From the NCBI GenBank assembly GCA_963729625.1, contig CAVSOU010000014.1, positions 5,096 through 69,095 on the forward strand: a DNA stretch of 64,000 nt, written 5' to 3'. The DNA comes from an uncultured bacterium. Lineage in GTDB: Bacteria > Chloroflexota > UBA5177 > JANWHV01. Numbering within the stretch: position 1 is the stretch's first letter; every line of letters starts with the position of its first letter. Shown here piece after piece: positions 45,038-54,139 of this stretch. Made by a program: the position numbers and the translations under genes. A model generated the notes under the pieces. The model searched no databases. It had not been told where the DNA came from and saw nothing but the letters and a program-made list of their open reading frames with translations.

Positions 45038-46015
45038 ATGTCGGTCGCCGAACCTGCCAAGACCGGCCAGCTAGACAGTGTGCCAGGACAACGTGTGCTC
45101 GATCCGCGAGTCAGCGTGGGAGTGCCGGTATACAACGGAGAGAAGTACCTGCGGCTGGCGCTGGACTCGCTGCTCGCGCAGACCTTTCCCGATTTCGAGG
45201 TGATCATCTCGGACAATGCGTCGACAGATTCGACAAACGAAATTGCACTGGACTATGCGCGACGCGATCACCGGATCCGGTACTACCGGCAGGCACGGAA
45301 CCACGGCGGTGCCTGGAACTTCAACCATACTGTGGAGCTGGCGCGCGGTGAATACTTCAAGTGGGCTGCGCACGACGACGTCCTCGCTCCTTCATTTCTG
45401 GAACAGTGTGTGGCGGCGCTGGACTCCTCGCCGCGTTGCGTGCTGGCTGCGCCGCGCACGGTGAAGATCGATGAACAGGGAAACGAGCAAGTCAGAGTTG
45501 GCATGCGACTCCGCACCGAATCGTCCTCGGCTGCAACACGGTTTCACGACCTGATTCGGGTCCCGCACGGCTGCTACCAGGGTTCCGGACTTATCCGTAT
45601 AACCGCGCTCCGAATGACGCCGCTTATCGACATCTATGCTGGATCAGACCGCGTTCTCCTTGCCCGACTCGGCCTCATCGGCGAGTTCTACGAGGTGCCG
45701 GAGTACCTCTTCTTCTCCAGAAGCCATTCCGCGCAGTCTGTTCGCTCGAATCGCTACGATCGCATGTGGTGGTTTGATCCGACGAAACAGGGACACATAG
45801 CGCTACCTGCTTGGCGCATATTCGGCGAGCTGGTGGAGTGTGTCTGCGAGGTGCCGCTGAGCTCCGCCGATCGCGCCAGGTGCCTGTTCGACGTGCTGCG
45901 GTGGCCGCTCTGGAACGGCAACGGGATTGAGATGGCGATCGACGTTGCTCGGGCGATCGCAATGGCGCCTCGCGCCATTCTGGGCGCCCGATGCGCAGGC
46001 GACAAGAGCGTCTGA
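45038..46015 (+). CDS. Family 2 glycosyltransferase
   Basis: ATG 45038 follows GAAGGGA. VSVGVPVYNGEKYLRLALDSLLAQTFPDFEVIISDNASTDST is present. Confidence 0.8.
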   Translation: MSVAEPAKTGQLDSVPGQRVLDPRVSVGVPVYNGEKYLRLALDSLLAQTFPDFEVIISDNASTDSTNEIALDYARRDHRIRYYRQARNHGGAWNFNHTVELARGEYFKWAAHDDVLAPSFLEQCVAALDSSPRCVLAAPRTVKIDEQGNEQVRVGMRLRTESSSAATRFHDLIRVPHGCYQGSGLIRITALRMTPLIDIYAGSDRVLLARLGLIGEFYEVPEYLFFSRSHSAQSVRSNRYDRMWWFDPTKQGHIALPAWRIFGELVECVCEVPLSSADRARCLFDVLRWPLWNGNGIEMAIDVARAIAMAPRAILGARCAGDKSV

Positions 46016-46273
46016 CCAATCATTGGGCGATCGCCACTGTGCGTGAGACACGCGCTCCGGTTGTAACCGCGACCTATACGGCGGTGCAAGTGCACACCAC
46101 GGGCGGCGCCAACCTGCTAGGATACATCGCGAGGACGTTGACCATTCTCTTAGTTTGACCCGCACCTGCAGCAGCACTGAGGGGCAACCCACAGCAGCAC
46201 CATCGCGCACTGCGGTCGGAACAGGCGTCTTCGATCTCACAAGGACGCTTGCTCATAGTGGACAGGAGGCAGC

Positions 46274-47398
46274 ATGAGTGACAGACTCGAGCATGATTCT
46301 CGCGTTACAGGGACCAGCTACCCGGAGGGTTCTCGTTCAGGCCAAGTTTCCTCGGAGCGTTTCTCGGTTTACGACGGCCGGCAGGTTCATCGCTACTCGT
46401 TGACCAACGCCGGTGGCATGAACGTGCGGATTCTCGACCTCGGGGGCATTGTTCAATCGATTGACGCCCCCGACGCGTTTGGTAATCTTGCAAACGTTGT
46501 CTTGGGTTATGCGGATCTCGATGGCTACGTGCATGACGCAGCCTATTTTGGCGCCATTATCGGACGTTTTGCCAATCGAATTGCCGGCGGCACATACGAG
46601 GTGGATGGTGTCAGCTACACGGCAGCGCTCAACGATGGACCGAACTCGCTTCACGGCGGCGCGCGTGGCTTTAACTCGATGGTGTGGGATGCCACGCCCC
46701 TGCACGTCGACGGTGCCGCCGGACTTCGCCTTACTCGAATGAGCCCGGAAGGTGAAGAAGGCTATCCAGGAACGCTTTCGCTGGAAGTCACCTACATGCT
46801 CAAGAACGACAACTCACTGGAAATCCGTTACGCGGCCAGCACCGACAAGCCGACGGTGCTCAATCTGACAAATCACAGCTATTTCAATCTCGCGGGACAG
46901 GGATCGGGGAACATTTATGGCCATGTGCTGGAGCTCAATGCAGATCGATATACGCCGGTCAACGCGAACCTGATCCCTGTTGGTGCTCTTGAACCTGTCG
47001 CAGGAACACCACTCGACTTCACGAGACCGCTCCCTCTGGGTGCGCGCATTCGTGATGGCCACGATCAGCTTGTTCTCGCTCATGGTATCGACCACAACTT
47101 CGTGGTCAATCGGACAATCGGGGACTCCGGATCCCTCGTCCTTGCCGCCACGGTGCACGACCCTCAGAGCGGTCGGACGCTCGAGTGCTTGACGACGGAG
47201 CCGGGAATCCAGGTATATTCCGGAAACTTCCTGCGTGGTGATGCTCGCCTGGCCTGCGGAAAGACCGCTCGGCAGGGGGACGGATTCTGCCTTGAGACGC
47301 AGCACTTTCCTGATTCGCCAAACCAGCCGCACTTCCCGAGCACCGTTCTGCGTCCTGGCGCTTCGTTTGAATCTACGACCGTGTACCGATTCCGATAG
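46274..47398 (+). CDS. galM: Aldose 1-epimerase (galactose mutarotase)
   Basis: NSLHGG..GF...W, TNHSYFNL and FCLETQHFPDSPN motifs are present. Confidence 0.85.
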   Translation: MSDRLEHDSRVTGTSYPEGSRSGQVSSERFSVYDGRQVHRYSLTNAGGMNVRILDLGGIVQSIDAPDAFGNLANVVLGYADLDGYVHDAAYFGAIIGRFANRIAGGTYEVDGVSYTAALNDGPNSLHGGARGFNSMVWDATPLHVDGAAGLRLTRMSPEGEEGYPGTLSLEVTYMLKNDNSLEIRYAASTDKPTVLNLTNHSYFNLAGQGSGNIYGHVLELNADRYTPVNANLIPVGALEPVAGTPLDFTRPLPLGARIRDGHDQLVLAHGIDHNFVVNRTIGDSGSLVLAATVHDPQSGRTLECLTTEPGIQVYSGNFLRGDARLACGKTARQGDGFCLETQHFPDSPNQPHFPSTVLRPGASFESTTVYRFR

Positions 47399-47598
47399 CC
47401 GGTATTCACGACGCTCTGGCCAGATCTCGGCGCCCACGAAGGGTAGTCCGCCTGGCCGACTGCCGTGCACGCACGATGCCTGCTGGTTCATACGAGCGCG
47501 CATTCTGCGGTGCCGGCCGCTGGGCATTGCCCGAGCGCAGGAAGTATGATGTAGAAGCAGACATCCGCGCACGGCGATGGCCTGCCTGACACGCGGAC

Positions 47599-48522
47599 TT
47601 GAATCCCGGAGTGAGTACCGAACAGATGGCGAAATCGGGTCGGAAGAGATATTGGCGTGCCGAGCGCCCAGAGCGTGCCAGCATCCCGTTTGCTACACAG
47701 CCCGACTATGCCGAGCCCGGCGACGATATGTCGGACCCGGATTCGGTCTGGGAGATGCTGGCGCGCGACGTGCGCATGGATCCGACGGAGGCCGAGCCCA
47801 TCAAGATGGGCTTCGTCAAGCGCCTGTTTTCCGCACTGTATGACCACCTGGGTTCGCTTATTCTGTTGAATCTCGCCGTGGCGCTACAAGTACTGCTGGG
47901 GGTGGCGGTCGGACTCGCCTTCGGGGCTGTTCTGTTCGCAAGCTCGATTGTCGGCATTGTCGTCGCTGCCCTGATCATCATCGCCGTCGCGGCGCCGGCC
48001 TTTGCCGGCATGTTCAACTACGCGCGGTGCCTCTTTTCCGAAGATGAAAGCGCAACGTTGTCACGGTATGTCGCGGGGATGCGCGCATTGGCGAGGCGAA
48101 GCTGGGCGTTGATGGGCCTGCAGGCGGCCACCGGGGGCCTGCTCGTCCTCTCCGTCAGATTTTACGCGAGTCTCGGCGGCCCGGTGGCGTTCGGCGCCGA
48201 GCTGCTTATCCTGTTTCTTCTTGTTGTCTGGGCCATGGCAGGTTGCTACGCGTGGCCTCTGCTGGCACGCGGCCTCGAGATGTCGTTGATTCTCCGCAAC
48301 TCAATTGCCCTGGCGATGGTCGCACCTGGCAGCACGATCGTCATGCTTGTAGGGCTGCTTGCGGTCAGCACATTGTTCATCGTAATACCGGTCGGCGCTG
48401 TGCTCCTGCTGTTTGCCGTTTGGGCCGTAACCGAGAACGCGTCGACATCACGATTGGTGCGCGTTATTCGAGAGCGGCAAGAAGCGCTTGCGCGTCGCAA
48501 TGACGGCGCCGATTCGACCTAG
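47599..48522 (+). CDS. Integral membrane protein (DUF624/YesL-like?)
   Basis: Several TM segments follow ...FVKRLFSALYDHLGSLILLNLAVALQVLLG. The start codon is uncertain and the family assignment is weak. Confidence 0.45.
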   Translation: MNPGVSTEQMAKSGRKRYWRAERPERASIPFATQPDYAEPGDDMSDPDSVWEMLARDVRMDPTEAEPIKMGFVKRLFSALYDHLGSLILLNLAVALQVLLGVAVGLAFGAVLFASSIVGIVVAALIIIAVAAPAFAGMFNYARCLFSEDESATLSRYVAGMRALARRSWALMGLQAATGGLLVLSVRFYASLGGPVAFGAELLILFLLVVWAMAGCYAWPLLARGLEMSLILRNSIALAMVAPGSTIVMLVGLLAVSTLFIVIPVGAVLLLFAVWAVTENASTSRLVRVIRERQEALARRNDGADST

Positions 48523-48564
48523 TCCCGCCTGCGCACCGCGAGCGGCTCGGTCGGCCGGCACGCC

Positions 48565-49461
48565 ATGTCGGCCGGCAACCGTACGCGGTTGCCTCGTGTG
48601 CGTGCCCTGCCGGCCCATCGGTTGTGGTTCGGTCCGGAGAAGGTTCTGTCTTCACTACTCGGGCACCGCAACGGTTGTGCCTGGGCCGTGCCGATGCACG
48701 TGAGATCCGGCGTGATCGCCCAGTCCTACGTGCCCTGGATTGGGGTTACGGGATACACCGTTCGTGTGCCGGGTATGCAGCGACTTCAGCCTGGACAATA
48801 CATGCTTTGCGCGTCGAGCGCACTGTCCTGGCAGGTGCTTCCCGACGTCTGTGTGCCAACTGCTCACGACGCGGTTACAGGCACCGTCGACATCCTGATC
48901 ACTGATGGAACAGCGGCGATTCGCTGGGAGATAATGGCCAAATCCTCCATGCCATTGACGGTAACCGCCCCGCTCGGCAAGGGCTTCACATTCGACACCC
49001 GGGTCCGGCGCGCCCTGCTCGTCGACTACGGGTCGCCCGCCGCGCCTCTGCTCTTTCTTGCAAGGAATCTGGTCGAGGGCGGAGTCGAGGTAGTCTATCT
49101 TGCCGGCCGCGCGCTGGAGTCGTGCCCCGTCCCGGCCTCAGCTCTTCCGCCGGAAATCGAATACAGACCTGTTGACGACGAATCTCGCGGCTCCGGCGAC
49201 GTACTTCGTGCTGTCGACGAACTCTCCCAGTGGCCGGACGCTGTATTTCTCTCCGGCTCCCGATCGCGCTTGCTTGATGTCGCGACGCTGCTGAGGCGAA
49301 AGCTGCTGCGTCTTCGCCGCGGCTTCGCGCAGGCAGTCGTCTCCCCAGATACATTGCCCTGCGGCGTAGGGGCCTGTGGCCTCTGCGCTATCGAGACGCG
49401 GTCGGGCACGCGCAGGCTGTGTCGAGATGGTCTCGTTTTCGACCTGCTAGATCTTGCGTGA
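48565..49461 (+). CDS. PyrK-like (dihydroorotate dehydrogenase electron-transfer subunit family) protein with a C-terminal 2Fe-2S Cys motif
   Basis: PGQYML, APLGKGF and the C-terminal C-G-V-G-A-C-G-L-C-x11-C pattern are typical of PyrK. The start may be ATG 48694. Confidence 0.6.
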   Translation: MSAGNRTRLPRVRALPAHRLWFGPEKVLSSLLGHRNGCAWAVPMHVRSGVIAQSYVPWIGVTGYTVRVPGMQRLQPGQYMLCASSALSWQVLPDVCVPTAHDAVTGTVDILITDGTAAIRWEIMAKSSMPLTVTAPLGKGFTFDTRVRRALLVDYGSPAAPLLFLARNLVEGGVEVVYLAGRALESCPVPASALPPEIEYRPVDDESRGSGDVLRAVDELSQWPDAVFLSGSRSRLLDVATLLRRKLLRLRRGFAQAVVSPDTLPCGVGACGLCAIETRSGTRRLCRDGLVFDLLDLA

Positions 49462-49544
49462 CCATGCCTACGTGCCGGAACGACCGGCGCGCAAAGTAGG
49501 TGGAGCGCGGAGGGCCCGGACGATGGATCGCTCGTGTGCGGCCG

Positions 49545-50951
49545 TCATTGCGGGTTCGGTTCGACGTCACCATCGGGCTTTTGCCTCCGCTGGGCCGGCG
49601 ATGTGAACCTTGCAGTCGGATTCTTTGCCAGCAAGACCCTGCAATAGGCGCTCACGCGATCGTGATCTTCGCGCGTGTACTGCAGAAACTGCACGCCTAT
49701 GATGTCCTCTTCACGCCACGCCGTCTTCCCGATCAGGTGAACGGCCTGCGGCAAACCGGGCAATGCAAGCTTGATTTGGAGCACGTCTCCGGGAATCGGT
49801 CTCGCGGCGTCTCCATTCAGCCGACATCGCACTCCGCCGGGACTGATGTCGACAATGGTGCCTGCGCTGTACGCCGCGCTCGCGAGGTCGTGCAGGCTGA
49901 TCTGAGCCGGCAAGGAGCAAGGTACGCGAATGTATTGGCGTTCATTCCGGTTCACCGGCGGAGCCGGCTCGAGCACTGGCAGGATATGGCCGGCCACCGC
50001 CAACTCGACATGGTGCAGGCCGTTTTGCATGGTCGTAGCCAGATAGAGGTCCCCTGAGGCAACCAGCTCACACTGCCATGCCTGCGTACGCACGTGGATG
50101 TCCCCGCGGGTGTCGACCGTCGCGAGGCGCACCTGGTCGAGCGTCACAGCCGTCGCCGACAGCACATGTGCCTTCTTCGCGGGCGAGCCCGTTACTACTC
50201 CGGCAACCGTGACCGCGGCGGCATTGCTCTGCAGATGCGCTTCGATCACGCTCCCCTTTACGAAGATGTCCGCGTTTGCCGTTACGCGCGCACCCTCGCT
50301 CACCGAGCCGGTGATGAATATCGGCAGCGTCGGGGAGTCGATCCTTGCGCCCGTTCCGACATCGCCTTCGTGGATGAATGCGGGAAACACGTCAATCCGC
50401 ATATGTTGAAAGACTGCTTCTCCATCGCACGCTGCCACCAGCGTCATTCGGTCGTCGCCAAGCGTTGTATTCATGCCGGATGGCAGCAGGGGATCCTTTG
50501 GCGGCCTCGGCTGAATTACACCCCGCCGCAGGTCATGTCCGGGCCGACCGGGCTTGCCAGGGTGTCTCCTTACCAGCGGCGTCCCGGCCTTCACTGCCAT
50601 CCGATTCAGGCGGAAGGAATCACCGGCGGCCACGACAGGTACATTTACGAGCAGCTCGAGGCTGCCGTCTGTCGGAGCCACTGGCGGGAACGCTGAAACC
50701 ACGCTGAGCCATTGTCCCGGCGACGACATCTCCAGGGCCGCGGCGACATCCGAATATGGCGGCGGATTCGTGACGCCAAGGCGCTCGCACTCAGTACAGA
50801 GCTGGGCATAGAGATCGCGTGCACTCAGGCCGGATGAGTTTCGAGGCACAAGCAGCTGCAGCGCACTGTCATCAGGAAGAACCCGGAGTACCAGGACTGG
50901 TTTTGCTGCCACGCTCGTGACTCCGTTTGCGCATTGCTTGCACACCGTCAC
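49545..50951 (-). CDS. FapA/DUF342-like protein with a C-terminal PilZ (c-di-GMP-binding) domain
   Basis: The central region has repetitive beta-helix-type sequence (GSV.EGARVTANADIFVKGSVIEAHL...). The C-terminal region carries RQYIR (RxxxR) and DISPGG (D/NxSxxG) motifs. Confidence 0.65.
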   Translation of the reverse strand: MTVCKQCANGVTSVAAKPVLVLRVLPDDSALQLLVPRNSSGLSARDLYAQLCTECERLGVTNPPPYSDVAAALEMSSPGQWLSVVSAFPPVAPTDGSLELLVNVPVVAAGDSFRLNRMAVKAGTPLVRRHPGKPGRPGHDLRRGVIQPRPPKDPLLPSGMNTTLGDDRMTLVAACDGEAVFQHMRIDVFPAFIHEGDVGTGARIDSPTLPIFITGSVSEGARVTANADIFVKGSVIEAHLQSNAAAVTVAGVVTGSPAKKAHVLSATAVTLDQVRLATVDTRGDIHVRTQAWQCELVASGDLYLATTMQNGLHHVELAVAGHILPVLEPAPPVNRNERQYIRVPCSLPAQISLHDLASAAYSAGTIVDISPGGVRCRLNGDAARPIPGDVLQIKLALPGLPQAVHLIGKTAWREEDIIGVQFLQYTREDHDRVSAYCRVLLAKNPTARFTSPAQRRQKPDGDVEPNPQ

Positions 50952-51040
50952 TTATGGGCAGTGTAGGGTCGACGGAAGGGGCGTGCAAGGCTTCCGTGGA
51001 CCTCTGCCTGTTGCGACTCAGACCAGTATTGCGCGAGGTG

Positions 51041-51790
51041 CTATGCAAGTACCTGGATCGGCGCCCTCGGCAGGCCGCCACTGACAAATCGGACATGACA
51101 GCGATCCGTGATCTGCTCTTCCGCCTGGCGATCCCTGCGTGACACGCATTGACTTCCGAAAAGGTAGTACCGCCACGGCAAGTCGGCCGACTTCCTGATG
51201 CCCACTCTCCTGGAAACGACGATTGGCTGCAGCGCAGTCGGTGCGTCGACGATCAGCAGTGGTGGCCTGGAGAGGTCGTGCCCGTCCAGGGCAGCACCAA
51301 TGGCGAGGCCTTTGCCGATATTCCCTGGTCCTCGCAGCAGCTCATCTGGGTCCGTGATTCCTCTCAGTCGTTGCATCACTTCGATGCCGTGAACCGGCTC
51401 CATGGCGCGGAGCAATACAGCGGACGCTGGGCCGTGATCTTGCGTTGTGACGACGTTCAGCATGGTGTGAATGCCATAACATCGATAGACATACGCTCGT
51501 CCCGCGGCGCCGAACATCGATTGGTTGCGACGTGTGACTCCGCGGAATGAGTGGCTGGCCTGGTCCAGATCGCCGGCGTAGGCTTCGGTCTCCACAATCC
51601 TCGCCACGAGTAACTCGGGACCAAGCAGGCGAATGATCAGCTTCCCGAGCAGCTCGCGCGCCACAATCGTGGCCTCGCGGGCCATGAACTGGCGATCAAG
51701 CGGTGGATACCCGTCGTATGGGGCCGGCAGGAGGGCAATCTCAGCCCAATCCGGGGCGCTAGTCGCGCGCCGAAGGCTCTCTGGGCTCAT
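51041..51790 (-). CDS. mpg: DNA-3-methyladenine glycosylase (Mpg/AAG family)
   Basis: VARELLGKLI...ARIVETEAYAG..DQASHSFRG.T.RN..MFG..G.AYVY..YG is present. The chosen start is ATG 51790, which overlaps the upstream gene by 32 nt. Confidence 0.8.
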   Translation of the reverse strand: MSPESLRRATSAPDWAEIALLPAPYDGYPPLDRQFMAREATIVARELLGKLIIRLLGPELLVARIVETEAYAGDLDQASHSFRGVTRRNQSMFGAAGRAYVYRCYGIHTMLNVVTTQDHGPASAVLLRAMEPVHGIEVMQRLRGITDPDELLRGPGNIGKGLAIGAALDGHDLSRPPLLIVDAPTALQPIVVSRRVGIRKSADLPWRYYLFGSQCVSRRDRQAEEQITDRCHVRFVSGGLPRAPIQVLA

Positions 51791-53165
51791 GCTCTTCCGA
51801 CGGTGCCGGCTGGGCGAGGAGCTTGATCTGCACCTTGTCGGCATGTCTGTTTGAGACGCTCAGCACTGTGATCACCGCCTCGTCATCGACTTCGATCACC
51901 GCGCCGACCGTCGGTAGGTCCTCAAGCCGGTCGATGATAAAGCCGTTGAGTGTGTCGTAGTCTTCAGACTTGAGTGCGAGGTGTATCTCGTCTTCGAGGT
52001 CCTCCAGATAGATCCTTCCGTCGACGACGTACGCATCCGGACCAATCTGCTCGATCGTCGGTTCGGAGCCGGGCTTGTCATACTCATCCTGTATTTCGCC
52101 GACAATCTCCTCGAGCAGATCTTCGATGGTCACTATTCCGGCGGTACCGCCCGATTCGTCGATCACGATTGCGATGTGTATCTTTCTGGCCTGGAACTCC
52201 CTGAACAGGTCGCCGACGCGCTTTGTTTCGGGAACCTCGAAGGGCTTCCGTCCAAGCTCCCGAACGGACATGTCGTCCTGGCCATCTCGGAGGGCTCTCA
52301 GCAAGTCCTTTACATAAATTATACCAGTAACCTTATCGATTGACTCGGCGTAGATTGGTATGCGGGATCGGCCCTTTTCAAGCGCAATGTCGACTGCTTC
52401 CTTGACGGTGAGATCTGCTTGTACGGCGGTGATGCGAACACGCGGTACCATCACTTCCTTGGCCATCGTCTCTTCGAATTCGATGACGCCGTGGATCATC
52501 TCCTTCTCTTCTTCTTCGATCACGCCTTGCTGCTCGCTCAGTGAGACGAGGCTGATCAGCTCGTCTTCCGTGACAAACGGGCCAGTGCGTGGCTTGATGC
52601 CAAGGAGGCGCATGACCAGGTCGGTCATGGCGCGGAGCAACCCTATCAGCGGTCTGAGGAGCGTCGTGAGACCTATTACCGGTCTGGCAAAACGCAAAGC
52701 AGTCGGCTCGGCAGTGTGAATTGCAAGGGTCTTTGGAATTATCTCGACTACCACGAGCACGACGGCCGAGGTGACGATGGGAGCGATGACGGCACCCAGA
52801 TTGTCACCCAGCAGACCAACGAGAATTAGCGTTGCCAGCGTCGACGCCACGATAATGGCGACGCTGTTCACAATCAGGATGGCCGAAAGGAACTGGTTAG
52901 GGTCACGTATCAGCAACGCAACCTGATTGCTGCCCTTCACACCTTGGTCGAGCAAATGGCGCGTTCGCAGGCGGCTGAGTGAAGTCAGCGCTGTCTCCGC
53001 GCCGTTCGCAAGCGCGGAAAGCAGCAGGCAGGAAAGCAGTCCAATGGCTTGAAGGGTATCCGCACCATCCCAGGCATGGCCGGCGAGCGCAAGCACTGGC
53101 TGTCCAAGCACGCGAGGATTGCCGGTGAGCACGCCGGCCACGTGAGCCAAATGATGAACGACCAC
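51759..53165 (-). CDS. CNNM/CorC-TlyC family protein (DUF21 membrane domain + CBS pair + CorC_HlyC)
   Basis: The N-terminal TM domain is followed by CBS-pair sequence (VMVPR...) and a C-terminal transporter-associated domain. Confidence 0.8.
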   Translation of the reverse strand: MVVHHLAHVAGVLTGNPRVLGQPVLALAGHAWDGADTLQAIGLLSCLLLSALANGAETALTSLSRLRTRHLLDQGVKGSNQVALLIRDPNQFLSAILIVNSVAIIVASTLATLILVGLLGDNLGAVIAPIVTSAVVLVVVEIIPKTLAIHTAEPTALRFARPVIGLTTLLRPLIGLLRAMTDLVMRLLGIKPRTGPFVTEDELISLVSLSEQQGVIEEEEKEMIHGVIEFEETMAKEVMVPRVRITAVQADLTVKEAVDIALEKGRSRIPIYAESIDKVTGIIYVKDLLRALRDGQDDMSVRELGRKPFEVPETKRVGDLFREFQARKIHIAIVIDESGGTAGIVTIEDLLEEIVGEIQDEYDKPGSEPTIEQIGPDAYVVDGRIYLEDLEDEIHLALKSEDYDTLNGFIIDRLEDLPTVGAVIEVDDEAVITVLSVSNRHADKVQIKLLAQPAPSEEHEPREPSARD

Positions 53166-53195
53166 TAAGGCCTTTCTCCGATGCTGGCCATGCTC

Positions 53196-54134
53196 CTATC
53201 TGAAAAGCGCGCTTACCGAGACATCCTCGTGGATTCGCTTGATCGCCTCGGCAATGAGCGGAGCAACAGTCAACACTTCGATCTTATCACCCTTTTGGAC
53301 CTCTGTAACTGGAATTGAGTTTGTCACCACCAGGTGGCGTATTCTGCTTTCGGCTATCAATTCCGCGGTGCGCCCTACCAGAGGTGCGTGCACACCGAAC
53401 GCATAGACCGCCTTCGCCCCTCGTTCCAGCAACATGTTTGCAGCCTCGAACAGCGTTCCGCCGGTGGAGATAATATCGTCAACGATTATCGCGTTCTTGT
53501 CGCGGACCTCGCCGACCATCTCGATCATCTCGGCGACATCCGGTGCGGGTCGCTGCTTGGCGATAATTGCGAGCGACGCGCCGAGACGCGCGCGAAAGTC
53601 GTTCGCACGAAGCACGCCGCCCGGATCCGGTGACACGACGACCACGTCGTCCAGCTTCATTTGCTTGCAATGCGCCACCATCACGTTGGCGGAACGCAGG
53701 TGGTCGACAGGAATGTCGAAAAAACCCTCGATGGCCGGCGTATGCAAGTCCAGCGTGAGCACGCGGTTTGCGCCCGCGACCGTGATCAGATTGGCGACCA
53801 GCTTCCCGGTGATTGGCTCGCGGCCGACGCTCTTCTTCTCCTGCCGCGAATAGCCAAAATACGGTATCACCGCTGTGATTCGTCGCGCTGATGCACGGCG
53901 CAGCGCTTCGATCATGATCAGTAGCTCCATGATATGGTGATCGACGGGGCGGCAGGTTGGTTGCACGACGAAGACATCGGCACCTCGGACGTTATCCTCG
54001 ATGCGGACCCGGGTCTCTTCGTCTCTAAACGTGCCGACGAACGCGCGCCCAAGCGGGATGCCCAGAATCTCGGCGATCTCGCCGGCGAGCGACGGGTTCG
54101 CCGAACCAGTAAATACCTGGAGCCTTCCCTCCAT
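53196..54134 (-). CDS. prs: Ribose-phosphate pyrophosphokinase
   Basis: VFTGSANPSLA..., DLHTPAIEGFFDIPVDHL and the PRPP-binding loop VDDIISTGGT are present. Confidence 0.9.
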   Translation of the reverse strand: MEGRLQVFTGSANPSLAGEIAEILGIPLGRAFVGTFRDEETRVRIEDNVRGADVFVVQPTCRPVDHHIMELLIMIEALRRASARRITAVIPYFGYSRQEKKSVGREPITGKLVANLITVAGANRVLTLDLHTPAIEGFFDIPVDHLRSANVMVAHCKQMKLDDVVVVSPDPGGVLRANDFRARLGASLAIIAKQRPAPDVAEMIEMVGEVRDKNAIIVDDIISTGGTLFEAANMLLERGAKAVYAFGVHAPLVGRTAELIAESRIRHLVVTNSIPVTEVQKGDKIEVLTVAPLIAEAIKRIHEDVSVSALFR

Positions 54135-54139
54135 CCGAT

